A DNA stretch of 64,000 nt, from contig CAZMTK010000004.1 of assembly GCA_964569245.1 (NCBI GenBank), positions 8,382 through 72,381 of the forward strand, written 5' to 3'. Both the position numbers and the translations under genes were made by a program. The notes below the pieces were generated by a model. It was not told the origin of the DNA. It saw nothing but the letters and a program-made list of their open reading frames with translations, and searched no databases. Of the stretch, positions 19,801 through 33,270 are shown piece by piece. Numbering within the stretch: the first letter of the stretch is position 1; every line of letters begins with the position of its first letter. This stretch comes from an uncultured bacterium (GTDB lineage Bacteria; Fermentibacterota; Fermentibacteria; Fermentibacterales; Fermentibacteraceae).

Positions 19801-22458
19801 CTCCACCGGGTTCGGCAGGCCGTCGAGACCGGTGTCCTCGTTCAGGTCGGGATTGATCTCCAGCGTGCCGTTGCCGTTGGTGTCCTCGGTGTCGAGCTCT
19901 CCGTTCGCCCGCCTCTCGAGCCCGTCGCCCACGCGCTCCAGCCACCAGCTGTCCTCGTCTATCCTCTCGCCCAGGTCCAGGTACAGGCTCGCCCCCTGCG
20001 CGGTTCCTGTGGCGCGCACGTACAGCCGCACATGGGTCTTCTTCGACAGGTCGATGCCGTAGCGGTCCATGCAGCGCATCACGCCGCCCCACGATGCCGC
20101 GCTGCCGAAGGCAGGAGTGAAGCACATCTCCAGTACGCTCGTGGCCCACTCGTCGGCCTGGTCGCCCTCGAGGCCGTCGTTGATGTGCCCCAGCCTCCAC
20201 CTGTCCGTTACGTTGTACCACTTCATCTCTCCGTTCGGAGCGATCATGCCCGATACCTGGAGAGGATTGCTCGAGAGCGACCAGCTCCGCCTCGTCTGCC
20301 CCACCGGCAACGAGGTCTCGGCGCCTTCCATGTCGTCTATGTAGGCCCGGCCGTCGGTGTTCGGATCGGGGAAGCTCGCCGCCACCTCCCCCGAGAGAAT
20401 GAACCTGCTGTCGGCTTCCGTGCTGATGCCGGGTATCGCGTTGGCGAAATCCGAGAGGAACACGGGGTGGGTCTCCAGCCTCGCGTCGATGTCCGCCACC
20501 ATGGTCCTGGACGACTCCTCGCCGACTCTCGGCCTGTCGTCGGGGGTGGAGGTGTTCTCGAACATGGCGGTTGCGCCGATCCATGTTCCCTGTCCGAGGT
20601 TGTAGACCGCCCTCGTTCCGAAGAGGGTCTTCTGCTGCGCCGCGAGGAACGGGAGGTACTCGTAGGAGACCCTGAGGGTGTTGCCGGGATCCTGCGCCTT
20701 CTCCGCCCACTCCCCCATGAGACTCAGGAGGCCGATCTCGTAGATGATCGTGTAGTCCACGTCCCTCGTCAGGGTGTAGTCCACTCCGTTGACCGTGATC
20801 ACGACCCTCTCGCTGCCCGGCACGATGCCGAGGTTGCCCAGGGAGTAGGTCGTCGAGGCGGCCCTGTAGCTCACGGCGATGAAGTACCTGCTGCTTGATA
20901 TCTCGGGGTTCTTCTCCTCGTAGGGCGCGGGGTTCTGGACGTCCAGCGAATCGCTCATGAAGGGCCTCGTGTCGGGGAAGACGATGAAGCCGTTCTCCCA
21001 GTCCACGGCATTCTCCTCGTCGGACAGGCTGCCGTCGCCATTGGTGTCCAGACCGAGGATTTCGATGAACGGCACTCCGTTCTGCGTCGCGACGGGCTGC
21101 TCGCCCGAGGGGGCGTAGTAGATGTCGCAGAGGAAGCTCTCCTGGACGATGTTGTCGTATCCCAGGAAGTATCTGTTGCGCAGCTCGTTGTACCATGTCG
21201 GATTCGAGGGGAAGGGGTCGCTGTCCTTGATGAGCCTCAGGTTCCAGCCCTCCTGCCCGAGGTCTCCGATCGTGTCGCCCTGGGCCGTGACGACCCATAC
21301 CGCCACTCGGAAGTTGTCGTTGACCGGGGTACGGAACTCTATCACGGTCGAGTCCAGAACCCAGAAATCCTGGTCGGGCCCCGGGAGCAGCTCGTCCCAG
21401 AAGCCCTCCCCCGTCTCGCCTCCGGGCACGAACCAGCCCCCCTGGACAGCTCCCGTCTCGTCGTTGTTGGTGACGTCAAGGTCGTCCACGAAGACCCTGA
21501 TCTGGGCGATCACCGGCTGCGGCTCGGTATCGGGATTCACCAGGAAGAAGTAGTTCTCGGCCGGATCTATCTCGAGAATCGAGTCGGTGACCATGGTCGC
21601 CTGGCCAACGAACTCGGCGGTCTCGGTTGTGCTGGCCTCCTTGCTCGCTATGGTTGTGATGTCCACGGGGCCTGCCTGTGCGACCACCTTCGCTCCGAAC
21701 AGACCCTCGTGCGGTATGCTGTACGAGACGAACTCGGGCCCCGTGATCGCGAGGCTCACGTCGCCCATCTCGATGGACTGGACTATCTCGTCCTCCCAGC
21801 CCTCGTACGCCAGCCTGATGCGGTTCTCCGGCTCCATCTCGCGCTCCGAGTCGTGATCCACGTCCACGTGGATCTTCTCCCCTATCGTTCCCTCCAGCCG
21901 GACCTGGAGCTCCTGCTCCATCCTCAGATCCGGGAACAGGGAGGTGCGCTGCCCTTCGCTCTGCACCGCGTTAGGGCGGTAGTGCGTGATGCCGGACAGG
22001 GTGATCTTCTGGTGGCCGGATATGTCGAGCTGGCCTCCCTCGCCGATCGTCCGGGCGATGATGGGAGGCATGTCGAGCGGAAGATAGATGGTGGGAAGCA
22101 GGCGGCCCCTCTCGCGGGACGACCTTATGCTGTTCTCGCTGTTGCAGTCCCTCCAGGCTCTGAGAGTCGAATAGGCGAGCATCCTCTCCAGGACCGGAGC
22201 CAACGGCCCCGCTCCGGAGCGGCAGAGCGGGATGCCGTCGAGGAGCATCCTCCATCTGATGAGCCCGCGCGACGCCGAGGGTCCGGCAGCGACGGTCGCG
22301 CCAAGGGGAGCGTGGAGGACGGGGACGGGCGAGCTGTCGAAGGCATAGGGATACAGCGGGAGGAGAGACGGGGCTCTCACTCCCGAAGCCCCGGCCGGAC
22401 TGCCCGCGATGAGGAGCAGCGCCAGGAGACCGATGCAGGCGATGCTTCTTCCCGTCAC
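16843..22458 (-). CDS. Giant (about 1,870 aa) secreted or outer-membrane protein, SprA/Sov-like (candidate T9SS translocon) with Asp-rich Ca-binding-like repeats
   Basis: A signal peptide starts at the GTG at 22458 (MTGRSIACIGLLALLLIAGSPAGASG), so the track ATG at 22539 is likely too long. The C-terminal 900 aa are rich in alternating beta-strand patterns and end in ...WATINF (terminal Phe, typical of OMP barrels). The protein contains DxDxNGNG / DTEDLNRNGLLD acidic repeats. A T9SS CTD protein is encoded in the same window, so the organism has a T9SS. Confidence 0.5.
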   Translation of the reverse strand: MTGRSIACIGLLALLLIAGSPAGASGVRAPSLLPLYPYAFDSSPVPVLHAPLGATVAAGPSASRGLIRWRMLLDGIPLCRSGAGPLAPVLERMLAYSTLRAWRDCNSENSIRSSRERGRLLPTIYLPLDMPPIIARTIGEGGQLDISGHQKITLSGITHYRPNAVQSEGQRTSLFPDLRMEQELQVRLEGTIGEKIHVDVDHDSEREMEPENRIRLAYEGWEDEIVQSIEMGDVSLAITGPEFVSYSIPHEGLFGAKVVAQAGPVDITTIASKEASTTETAEFVGQATMVTDSILEIDPAENYFFLVNPDTEPQPVIAQIRVFVDDLDVTNNDETGAVQGGWFVPGGETGEGFWDELLPGPDQDFWVLDSTVIEFRTPVNDNFRVAVWVVTAQGDTIGDLGQEGWNLRLIKDSDPFPSNPTWYNELRNRYFLGYDNIVQESFLCDIYYAPSGEQPVATQNGVPFIEILGLDTNGDGSLSDEENAVDWENGFIVFPDTRPFMSDSLDVQNPAPYEEKNPEISSSRYFIAVSYRAASTTYSLGNLGIVPGSERVVITVNGVDYTLTRDVDYTIIYEIGLLSLMGEWAEKAQDPGNTLRVSYEYLPFLAAQQKTLFGTRAVYNLGQGTWIGATAMFENTSTPDDRPRVGEESSRTMVADIDARLETHPVFLSDFANAIPGISTEADSRFILSGEVAASFPDPNTDGRAYIDDMEGAETSLPVGQTRRSWSLSSNPLQVSGMIAPNGEMKWYNVTDRWRLGHINDGLEGDQADEWATSVLEMCFTPAFGSAASWGGVMRCMDRYGIDLSKKTHVRLYVRATGTAQGASLYLDLGERIDEDSWWLERVGDGLERRANGELDTEDTNGNGTLEINPDLNEDTGLDGLPNPVEFPGSPEADPNRDDYYYNSSVPDPVERFRRINGTEDNAWLDTEDLNRNGLLDRSDSYFRIRIPLDDPDYIVSGPNQYGWMLVEVPLSDSALVTVPDGLTSEPSWEKIVYARLWVEGFTQRDTIDVFDFSIVGNRWEPRPVSAGIGVSPPVEPGELVIVSTVNNQDNPDYAADPPPGIDPGRDEQGNLKLEQSISIESVGILPGHECRARQTFYSSEDYTGYSTVRFPVHGSQNAAGEFFYRMGSDSLNYYEIAAPLTPGWQTVTTDLDDLTDLKQLRVERDVDFIRVGNLSVRGNPNLAAVVELSAGIRNTTASALSTTAWLDDLTLRGPYSGIDAARRISATVDVADLMSISGDYRFIGADFHGLGQRKGQGSSTTSLSSGLTLNLDRFTPPLWSVSLPATLAWKRQLSEPRFAPSSDIRLDGDESWEQRTESEQWDTGVSWRRNRRSTSLLSTILIDPWTVSHNYTTGTGRSPSYRDSLTSARARLGYDLSLPQRPLFSLPVLGGVQPRPSRIAFGLQRDNGWDTRWSLGSEDTVQTRATRQRTFRSDGSLGFNLWSRQSASISLAVTRDLLYPWRGGAPISIGREIQRSQSLSLSQEITLWDYLVPRVSYEAAYGSARLAPHTASGEDSLGSPDVSLTATRRLDLRIGLVKALHSIARLRDERLDEQADPGSPRWLLSRLDRWADRITDPTVTISRTLGSEYDELGYYPGLDYRFGLVTELEGVEAYDRTRSDNVQVSTGFRPTGSMSVRGEYSSTDSRHYYSGYWNRQMSKTWPSVTVSWSGLERIRPFSGLLRSGTLSTGYRLERGESGRFESGDYIRTSATTTSRWSPLFSVSAMLRNEVQITLSDNISTTETRNYTGTNALTRSSSGSVQVNIQYSFSSPGGLAIPLPLLDRLRIRFQSDLTTALLISRSGTKTEILVAGFEDQLQSDRVEWRIEPSASYDFGTVTAGLKGIYGWKTDKVNSVYDQRDFGLDIWATINF

Positions 22459-22567
22459 ATGCTCCACTAGTCTTCGGCTTTCCGGCGGTTCCCGGGACCG
22501 CGGGGGCCGCGTCCAGCAGCCCCCCGCTGTTGTTGGCACCGGGTTTCCTGCGTATCATGGGGGCGAC

Positions 22568-23932
22568 ATGAGAAAGCTGCAAGCATACGCGCTGAAGGAG
22601 TTCCTGCCGCCGTTCCTCCTCTCCATCTGCGTGTTCACGTTCGTGATGCTTCTGGAGAAGCTGCTGGACCTGCTCGACATGATCGTGACGCGGGGTCTTC
22701 CAGCGAGGACCGTGCTGGAGATCTTCCTGCTCCTCCTCCCCTCCATGATAGCCGTCGTCGTCCCGATGGCCGTCCTTGCGGGAGTTCTCATGGCCTTCGG
22801 CAGGATGTCCAGCGAACTGGAGATCACGGCGATGAAGGCCTCTGGAGTCGGCATACTGACCCCGATGGCCCCGGTGTTCTGGTTCGGCGTTCTTGCGGCC
22901 CTGGCGCTGGTGTACTTCAACAACAACGTCCTCCCTGACGCGAATCACATGGCGCGCAACCTCCTGCTCGACATCGGCTCGACCAGGCCGACCGCCAGGA
23001 TAATCCCGGGAATGTTCATCGACGACATCGAGAACTACACGATCCTGGTGGGGAGCAAGGACGACATCACGGGAGAACTCCGTGACGTCGTAGTACAGCA
23101 GCGGCCCGCCGGCTCCGAGGTTCCACGGACCGTCACTGCCCAGGCCGGGAGGATGGAGCCGGTCTCGGCCAACCGGATGAGGCTCGTGCTGAGGGACGGG
23201 CAGATGCAGGAGCTCGATGGCGACGGCACCTTCAGGCTCCTCGACTTCTCCACCTGGTCCATCGAGGTCACCAGCTCCGAGGAGCTGACGAGAAGGGAGA
23301 GGGAGAACAGGGGCGACAGGGAGATGTCGGCAGCCCAGATGCAGATGCTGGTGGATTCGGCCATGAGGGAGGTGTCCCTGCTCCGCGACTCGCTGACGGC
23401 GATTGGCAGGGCTCCGCTCGAGACTCTGGCATCCGGCGGCTCTCCCTTCGGTCCGGACAGCGCATCCGCCTCCGTGAGCCCGAGGGGATGGTTCAACCAG
23501 GCCAGGAACAGGCTGAGCAGCTTCGCAGGGCGGGTGGACCAGCTCGACGTCGGAGCCAGGATGATCGAGCGAACGGTGCTCAGATACAGGGTGGAGATCG
23601 CCAAGAAGTACTCGATTCCATTCGCATGCATAGTGTTCGTCCTGCTGGGAGCTCCCCTGGGAATAGCCACCAGGCAGTCGGGGGCTGGTGCGAACCTGCT
23701 GATGAGCCTGGTCTTCATCCTCTTCTACTACCTGTTCCTGATCGGCGGAGAGAGCCTCGCGGACAAGGGGATCCTCTCGCCCGACGCTGTCATGTGGGCG
23801 CCCAACGTTCTTCTGGGAGCTCTAGGAGTCTATCTCACGGCAAGGAGCGTCAGAGAGGGCGAGCCGATCCCCCTGCCGGATCTGCGAGGGCTTGCACGGC
23901 GGCTGTCCGGGCGCCCGGGGCGGCGTTCGTGA
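22568..23932 (+). CDS. lptF: LptF/LptG-family LPS export permease
   Basis: YjgP/YjgQ family with 6 transmembrane helices and a periplasmic beta-jellyroll insert. The true start is MRKLQAYALKEF at 22568, preceded by a GGGGG RBS. Confidence 0.8.
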   Translation: MRKLQAYALKEFLPPFLLSICVFTFVMLLEKLLDLLDMIVTRGLPARTVLEIFLLLLPSMIAVVVPMAVLAGVLMAFGRMSSELEITAMKASGVGILTPMAPVFWFGVLAALALVYFNNNVLPDANHMARNLLLDIGSTRPTARIIPGMFIDDIENYTILVGSKDDITGELRDVVVQQRPAGSEVPRTVTAQAGRMEPVSANRMRLVLRDGQMQELDGDGTFRLLDFSTWSIEVTSSEELTRRERENRGDREMSAAQMQMLVDSAMREVSLLRDSLTAIGRAPLETLASGGSPFGPDSASASVSPRGWFNQARNRLSSFAGRVDQLDVGARMIERTVLRYRVEIAKKYSIPFACIVFVLLGAPLGIATRQSGAGANLLMSLVFILFYYLFLIGGESLADKGILSPDAVMWAPNVLLGALGVYLTARSVREGEPIPLPDLRGLARRLSGRPGRRS

Positions 23933-25017
23933 TCCGGAAGCTGGACGCCTACGTGGCGGGGTCCTTCGTCAGGATGGTGGCGTTCGCCGTGGCTGCCTTC
24001 GTGGTCGTCTTCGTGAGCGTGGACTCGCTCGAGCACATGAGCAGGTGGATCGACAAGCGCGTGGAGTTCGTGACCTTCCTGAAGTACTACTTCTACGGGC
24101 TGCCCTACATCGTCGTGCTGGTGATGCCGGTGGCGCTGCTTCTCTGCTCGCTGTTCCTGGTCTATACGCTCGCCAGGCGCAACGAGCTGATGGCCATGAC
24201 CTGCTCCGGAGTCAGCGTCCCCAGAACCTATCTGCCGCTCCTGGTCGTCGGGCTGGCCGCTTCACTGGTCGAGATGGTCCTAGGGGACTTCGTGGTGCCC
24301 GAGGCTCTCTACAGGCAGTCGGTGGTCAGGCGCGTGGAGATAGACGGTCACGAGCCGACCGACTACTCCCTCAGGACGTCCTTCTCCTTCAAGACGCTCG
24401 ACGGAGCGATGATGGACATCGGCTACTTCGACGGCAGGCGGGAGACGATGAGATCGGTAACCATCCTGTGGCTCGACGACGGCATGAAACTGGCGAGACG
24501 GCTGGACGCGGAGAGGCTCGACTACCGGGACGGCGAGTGGATTGCGTTCGGGGCCGAGGTACGGGAGATCGGGCCTTCGGGGGCGGTCATCCTGACTGCT
24601 GCGGATTCGATGCCCCTGCCGGTTCTGGAGGAGACGCCGGCGGATTTCGCCACGAGGCCCAGGGCGCCGTCCGAGATGAACTTCCTCGAACTCTCGAGGT
24701 ACATCGGCAGAGTCGAGTCGGCGGGCGGAGACACGCGGGAGGACAAGGTCGAGCTGTGGCTGAAGTTCTTCTTCCCGCTCTCGAACTTCATAATGGTCCT
24801 GGTCGGGGCTCCGCTCGCCGCGCGCAATCCCCGCAGCGGCAAGACGATGAGCCTCGGCCTCGCCATTCTCCTGGCCTTCGTCTTCTTCTCTCTTCTCAGG
24901 CTCGGCCAGACGCTGGGCCACAAGGGAACGCTCTCGCCGGTGATCGCGGCAGGTCTCGCCGACGCAGTGTTCATTGCGATCGGCGTCTGGCTGATGTTCA
25001 GGCCCTCGACTTCCTGA
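23929..25017 (+). CDS. lptG: LptG/LptF-family LPS export permease
   Basis: Second YjgP/YjgQ paralog. Its GTG start overlaps the lptF stop (GTGA). Confidence 0.8.
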   Translation: MIRKLDAYVAGSFVRMVAFAVAAFVVVFVSVDSLEHMSRWIDKRVEFVTFLKYYFYGLPYIVVLVMPVALLLCSLFLVYTLARRNELMAMTCSGVSVPRTYLPLLVVGLAASLVEMVLGDFVVPEALYRQSVVRRVEIDGHEPTDYSLRTSFSFKTLDGAMMDIGYFDGRRETMRSVTILWLDDGMKLARRLDAERLDYRDGEWIAFGAEVREIGPSGAVILTAADSMPLPVLEETPADFATRPRAPSEMNFLELSRYIGRVESAGGDTREDKVELWLKFFFPLSNFIMVLVGAPLAARNPRSGKTMSLGLAILLAFVFFSLLRLGQTLGHKGTLSPVIAAGLADAVFIAIGVWLMFRPSTS

Positions 25018-25058
25018 GTAAGCCATGGGGCGCCCGCCGACGGGAGACAGCCAAGATA

Positions 25059-25081
25059 GGGGCGCCGGTCTCCCGGCGCCC
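25059..25081. terminator. GC-rich hairpin GGGCGCCGG-tctc-CCGGCGCCC between convergent lptG and serC (REP-like)
   Basis: Perfect 9-bp stem with a TCTC loop. Its core resembles the palindrome at 51610. Confidence 0.5.
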
Positions 25082-25109
25082 TCCCGAACCTCAGCCGCTG
25101 CTGGAGTTA

Positions 25110-26192
25110 TTAGTTGGCCTTGCGGAACGCCTCCATGAACTCCGCCAGCTTCACGGCTCCCGCCAGAGGCATCGCGTTGTACATGGACGCCCTGCATCCT
25201 CCTACGTCGCGGTGGCCCTTGAGGCCAACGAGCTCCTTCTCCTTGGCCTCGGAGACGAACTTCGCCTCGAGTTCCTCGGTGGCCAGACGGAACGTGACGT
25301 TCATCACCGAGCGGGAGTCCTTGTCGACCGTGCCCCTGTAGAAGCCTCCGCTTCCGTCAATCGCGTCGTACACGGCCTTCGCCTTGGCTTCGTTGACCTT
25401 CTCCACCGCCTCGAGGCCCCCCTGCGCCTTCAGCCACTTCATGACCAGCCCCACGACGTAGATGGGGAACACCGGCGGAGTGTTGAACAGAGAGTCCTTC
25501 GACATGTGGGTCTTGTAGGAGAGCATCGTGGGGATGCCGTCCTTCGCGCTTTCCACCCATGCCTTGCGAACGACGACGGCGGTTACTCCAGCCGGGCCGA
25601 TGTTCTTCTGGGCGCCGGCATAGATGAGGCTGAACTTCCCGTAGTCCAGCCTGCGCGAGAGGAAGTCGCTCGACATGTCGCAGACGAGGGGCACGCTCCC
25701 GGTTTCCGGGAACTTCGTCATGCGCGTTCCGAAGATCGTGTTGTTGCTCGTCACGTGAACGTAGGCGGCGCCGGGCGTGAGATTGAACTCGGTGGGGACG
25801 AAGCTGAACTTCCGCTCCTCGCTCGAGGCGGCGATGTTGACCTTTCCGAAGAGCTTGGCCTCCTTTATGGCGTTCTTGGACCAGGCTCCTGTGTGCACGT
25901 AGTCCGCGGTACGGTCCTGCGATAGGAAGTTGTAGGGCACCATGCAGAACTGCAGGCTTGCGCCGCCGCCGAGAAAGAGCACTGCGTACTCCTCGGAGGA
26001 AAGCCCCATCACGCCGAGCATGTCGTTCATCGCTTCGTGCATCAGATCTTCGAACTTCTTGTCCCTGTGGGACATCTCCATGATGGACATCCCGAGGCTG
26101 CGGAAGTTGACCGCACCTGCCGCGGCCTCCTTCAGAACCTCCAGCGGAAGCGTTGCGGGTCCGGGGTTGAAGTTGAACACCCTCTCAGGCAT
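25110..26192 (-). CDS. serC: Phosphoserine aminotransferase
   Basis: Strong similarity to SerC (FNFNPGPATLP ... class V aminotransferase). ATG at 26192 with RBS GGGAGGG. Confidence 0.9.
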   Translation of the reverse strand: MPERVFNFNPGPATLPLEVLKEAAAGAVNFRSLGMSIMEMSHRDKKFEDLMHEAMNDMLGVMGLSSEEYAVLFLGGGASLQFCMVPYNFLSQDRTADYVHTGAWSKNAIKEAKLFGKVNIAASSEERKFSFVPTEFNLTPGAAYVHVTSNNTIFGTRMTKFPETGSVPLVCDMSSDFLSRRLDYGKFSLIYAGAQKNIGPAGVTAVVVRKAWVESAKDGIPTMLSYKTHMSKDSLFNTPPVFPIYVVGLVMKWLKAQGGLEAVEKVNEAKAKAVYDAIDGSGGFYRGTVDKDSRSVMNVTFRLATEELEAKFVSEAKEKELVGLKGHRDVGGCRASMYNAMPLAGAVKLAEFMEAFRKAN

Positions 26193-26272
26193 GACAGCCC
26201 TCCCTGACTGTTGGATCGAGCCCGCCGACAACCGGCGGGAAGCGCTCGGGGAAGATATGGAATGGGTCCGAG

Positions 26273-30327
<4,055 letters not shown>

Positions 30328-30335
30328 CGCGGGGA

Positions 30336-32408
30336 TCAGACCCTCTCGTATACGATGTCGGCGGGGACGATTCTCCCAGGGAACAGGTCGATGCGCTCGA
30401 CCGGCTGGTCGAGCGACCGGGTCACCGGCTGCCAGCCGCCGGGCTCGGGGCGCCCCAGAGTCTCCAGCGTTCGTCTGCCCCCTTCGTAGTAGACCGCGAC
30501 CCTTCCCGTCGGAAGCGGGAATCCGGGTCCCGGCTGGAGCTGCTCGATCCTCGCGGAGAGCTCGCTCCCGCTGTCGCGCCAGCTCACCACGATCTGGGGC
30601 ACTCCGGGCTGGTAGAGCCATGCATCGAAGAACTCCGAGGCCTGCCCCGAGCCGGTCAGGCCGAGCGATGAAGCGAGCCTCGCATAGGCATATCCCTCGT
30701 GACGAAGCGCCGAGAGGAACCGGCCCATCCCGGCGTCGAAATCGGGTATGACCTCGGACAGCATCTGCAGGACGCACGGAGCCTTCCCCAGGAGGACCTG
30801 CTGCGCGAGGGGCGATGAGTCGATCTGCGGGTCTGCGATGGCCGGCTCCATCCCGCCGGTTTCGGCGGTCGAGTGCAGATAGTAGAGCAGGCATGCTTCC
30901 AGCAGGCTGTCCGCGGCGCCCGATGAATGCCAGTCGCGGGCGAATCTGCACGTGCCGTAGGCGCAGAGCGCCATTTCCAGGTCGTCGGGGAGGTACGTCG
31001 AGAGTGACAGCATGGCCTGGCACGCCTTCGCTGCCACTATCGGCGAGGAGGGCCGGGTTCCGGCCGCGAGGGAGTCGGCCCATTCCGGATGGCCGGACAG
31101 CGATGCGAGCATGTCCGGGGATACGAGAAGGGCGCCCGGGCCTGCAGCAAGGACGGGCCTGCCGATGCTGGAGACCACCACTACGTCGAGCCTGCCCTCC
31201 GCAAAGCCGAGGCATCTCCAGACGGAGGTGCAGAGCATGTCCGCCAGCTCGGTCAGCTCCTCGGCCAGGGAGTCGGGCACCTGCTCCGAGAGCATCAGAG
31301 TCGAGGCTCCGCCCGCTGTCTCCGTCTTCTCGAAGCGCCCCGCCGCCCAGCACAGTGGTCCGGAGATGCGCTCGCGCTGCGAAGTGTACGAGTACACCTC
31401 GGATGTGCCGGACACGTAGCGGGATTCGAGAACCAGGGGGGCGTAGAACTCCATGCCTGCGGGCACGGAGGCTCTGATCCTGTAGGTTGCGGGCACGGTG
31501 CTCCCGGGATAGAACCACTCGCCTGCGCAGAACGAGGAGAGGAGCCTTACCTGGGCGCTGGCCCTGTCTCCGTGCTCTACGTAGAATGGCGACACCTCGA
31601 TTGAGTAGCATCCCCTGAACAGCATGGCGGCGGAATCGGGGAAGCAGATGACCGAGTCGCCGGACCTCTCCATCCGGCCGACGACGGGGAGAAGGGTCTC
31701 AGGAGCGGAGCCGTCGAGCACCGGTACCAGGAAACCGATGCCCTCCCGGCTGCCGGCGTCCGAGGCGTCGACCGTGAACGTGTCCGTGACCGACAGCATC
31801 TGCTCGTTGGGATGTATCGTCAGGTGAAGCCGGTGCTCGACCAGCGGGTCTGGATACACCTCCGCGCTTCCGGCCTCCAGGAGGATCGCCTCCCTGGATC
31901 TCGAGGAAAGCTGCACGGGCCTGGATCCCTCCCACTGCTCGAACCTTCCGGAGAGGAGCGTCGTGCTGCAGAAGGCGAGCAGAGCTTCGGGGGTACCGAC
32001 CGGCATCGAGAACCTGAGCACCAGATCCTCGCACGAGCCCATGCTCCAGCGCCTCTCGACGCAGGACGAATCCCCGTGGGTGTAGAGCAGAGGAACGACG
32101 GTCTGTCCGTTCTCGCCGATCATCGGAGGGGCTTGGTCGAAATCCTCTCCGCCGGAGCCCGCAGGATGGCCTCGGGACCACCAGCAGTCGAGGGAGGCCG
32201 ATACGGAGAACGTCGCCTCGGGAGTGGAGATCCTGTACCGCCCCGCCGACTCGCGTACGAAGGATGCTCCCGGTTCGAGCGTGACCGCCACCGTGATCCT
32301 CTTGCCGGCATCCAGCTCGACAGTCATCCCGGATCCTCCCGAGACTCCTCCGCGCGAGCAGCACGCCGATAAGAGCGCGGCCAGCACCGCAAGATCCCTG
32401 CGGGTCAA
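30336..32408 (-). CDS. Hypothetical lipoprotein (690 aa)
   Basis: A TTG start at 32408 is preceded by GGGAGGAAGG and gives the RR-containing lipoprotein signal MTRRDLAVLAALLSAC (lipobox LLSAC). No confident domain assignment was made. The N-terminal 185 aa of the track ORF are a spurious extension. Confidence 0.55.
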   Translation of the reverse strand: MTRRDLAVLAALLSACCSRGGVSGGSGMTVELDAGKRITVAVTLEPGASFVRESAGRYRISTPEATFSVSASLDCWWSRGHPAGSGGEDFDQAPPMIGENGQTVVPLLYTHGDSSCVERRWSMGSCEDLVLRFSMPVGTPEALLAFCSTTLLSGRFEQWEGSRPVQLSSRSREAILLEAGSAEVYPDPLVEHRLHLTIHPNEQMLSVTDTFTVDASDAGSREGIGFLVPVLDGSAPETLLPVVGRMERSGDSVICFPDSAAMLFRGCYSIEVSPFYVEHGDRASAQVRLLSSFCAGEWFYPGSTVPATYRIRASVPAGMEFYAPLVLESRYVSGTSEVYSYTSQRERISGPLCWAAGRFEKTETAGGASTLMLSEQVPDSLAEELTELADMLCTSVWRCLGFAEGRLDVVVVSSIGRPVLAAGPGALLVSPDMLASLSGHPEWADSLAAGTRPSSPIVAAKACQAMLSLSTYLPDDLEMALCAYGTCRFARDWHSSGAADSLLEACLLYYLHSTAETGGMEPAIADPQIDSSPLAQQVLLGKAPCVLQMLSEVIPDFDAGMGRFLSALRHEGYAYARLASSLGLTGSGQASEFFDAWLYQPGVPQIVVSWRDSGSELSARIEQLQPGPGFPLPTGRVAVYYEGGRRTLETLGRPEPGGWQPVTRSLDQPVERIDLFPGRIVPADIVYERV

Positions 32409-32559
32409 CCTTCCTCCCGTCGTTCGCGGGCTTGCGCCGGACAGCGCGGATTCTCGCCCCGGCGCCGGGACTATACTAACGGCGGGAAGCCCTGCAGTAC
32501 ACTGCCGCAGTTGACGGCCGCTGCCCTCCCGCGCAGATTGCCCGGAACGAAAGGAACCG

Positions 32560-33243
32560 ATGATCGTCCCCTCTCTCCTCGGGGTGTCGCCTTCGATACC
32601 TGCACGGGCGACGGCAGTGCTCGTATCGGGCTTCTTCGCCGCCATCACCGTCCTGGCGCTGATCCTCATGCAGATATTCGGGGTCAGGCTCTTCGAGATC
32701 ACCATGGAGAAGGGCAGGACGGGCCCGGTGATCTTCTTCTTCGCCGCCCTCCTCGCGGGAATCGCGGGCATCCTCACCGGGTCGTTCATCGAGGACGACG
32801 GTCCGGCGCTTCTGGTCGGACTGTTATCCGGCCTCCTGGTGTGGACCGCCCTGGGCGAGGTCGCCGAACAGCTCGGGTGGGTCTCCACCATGGCGCGCTC
32901 GGCGGTGGCGCTCTTTCTGGTGTCCTTCGCCTTATGGCTGTCGGGCTTCCTGTTCAGAGGCATCCCGGTCGCCCTGAAGGCTGGTCTGGGCTACCCCGTC
33001 TGCATCTGGGGCCTGCACCTCGTGAGGGTCAGGGTTCTCGCCAAGTGGGGCCCCTCATCGCTTCCTGCGACTGTTCTCGCGCTGGTGAACGCGGCCCTGG
33101 CCGGAGGCGGGCTCGCTCTGGGCATGTCTGCTGCGACGCCCCTCTCCGGAATCATCGGGGGCGTGGTCTTCGCCATGGCGACGTGGTCCACGCTCGAAAT
33201 CCTCTGGGAGCGCGGAACCGCCAGGAGGCCGTGGCGCCACTAG
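32560..33243 (+). CDS. Hypothetical 6-transmembrane membrane protein
   Basis: 227 aa. Hydrophobic segments alternate with short loops, and codon usage is consistent with the rest of the contig. Confidence 0.5.
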   Translation: MIVPSLLGVSPSIPARATAVLVSGFFAAITVLALILMQIFGVRLFEITMEKGRTGPVIFFFAALLAGIAGILTGSFIEDDGPALLVGLLSGLLVWTALGEVAEQLGWVSTMARSAVALFLVSFALWLSGFLFRGIPVALKAGLGYPVCIWGLHLVRVRVLAKWGPSSLPATVLALVNAALAGGGLALGMSAATPLSGIIGGVVFAMATWSTLEILWERGTARRPWRH

Positions 33244-33270
33244 CCATTCTCGCCCTGCATCGGCTCCAAT

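Noticed and set aside
16843-22458. Giant protein as a PilY1-like tip adhesin or a secretin
   Set aside because: No secretin C-domain motif (GG..VVP.LGDIP.LG) or PilY1 propeller signature was seen. The beta-barrel-like C-terminal half ending in Phe and the size fit the SprA/Sov class better. This remains a hypothesis.
22459-22539. Upstream ATG at 22539 for the giant protein
   Set aside because: It would add 27 residues (MPTTAGGCWTRPPRSREPPESRRLVEH) before an otherwise canonical signal peptide. The GTG at 22458, preceded by GGAG, gives a proper n-h-c signal.
30336-32963. 875-aa version of the lipoprotein ORF
   Set aside because: The first 185 aa are a low-complexity extension. A TTG start at 32408 with a GGGAGGAAGG RBS yields a textbook lipoprotein signal (MTRRDLAVLAALLSAC).
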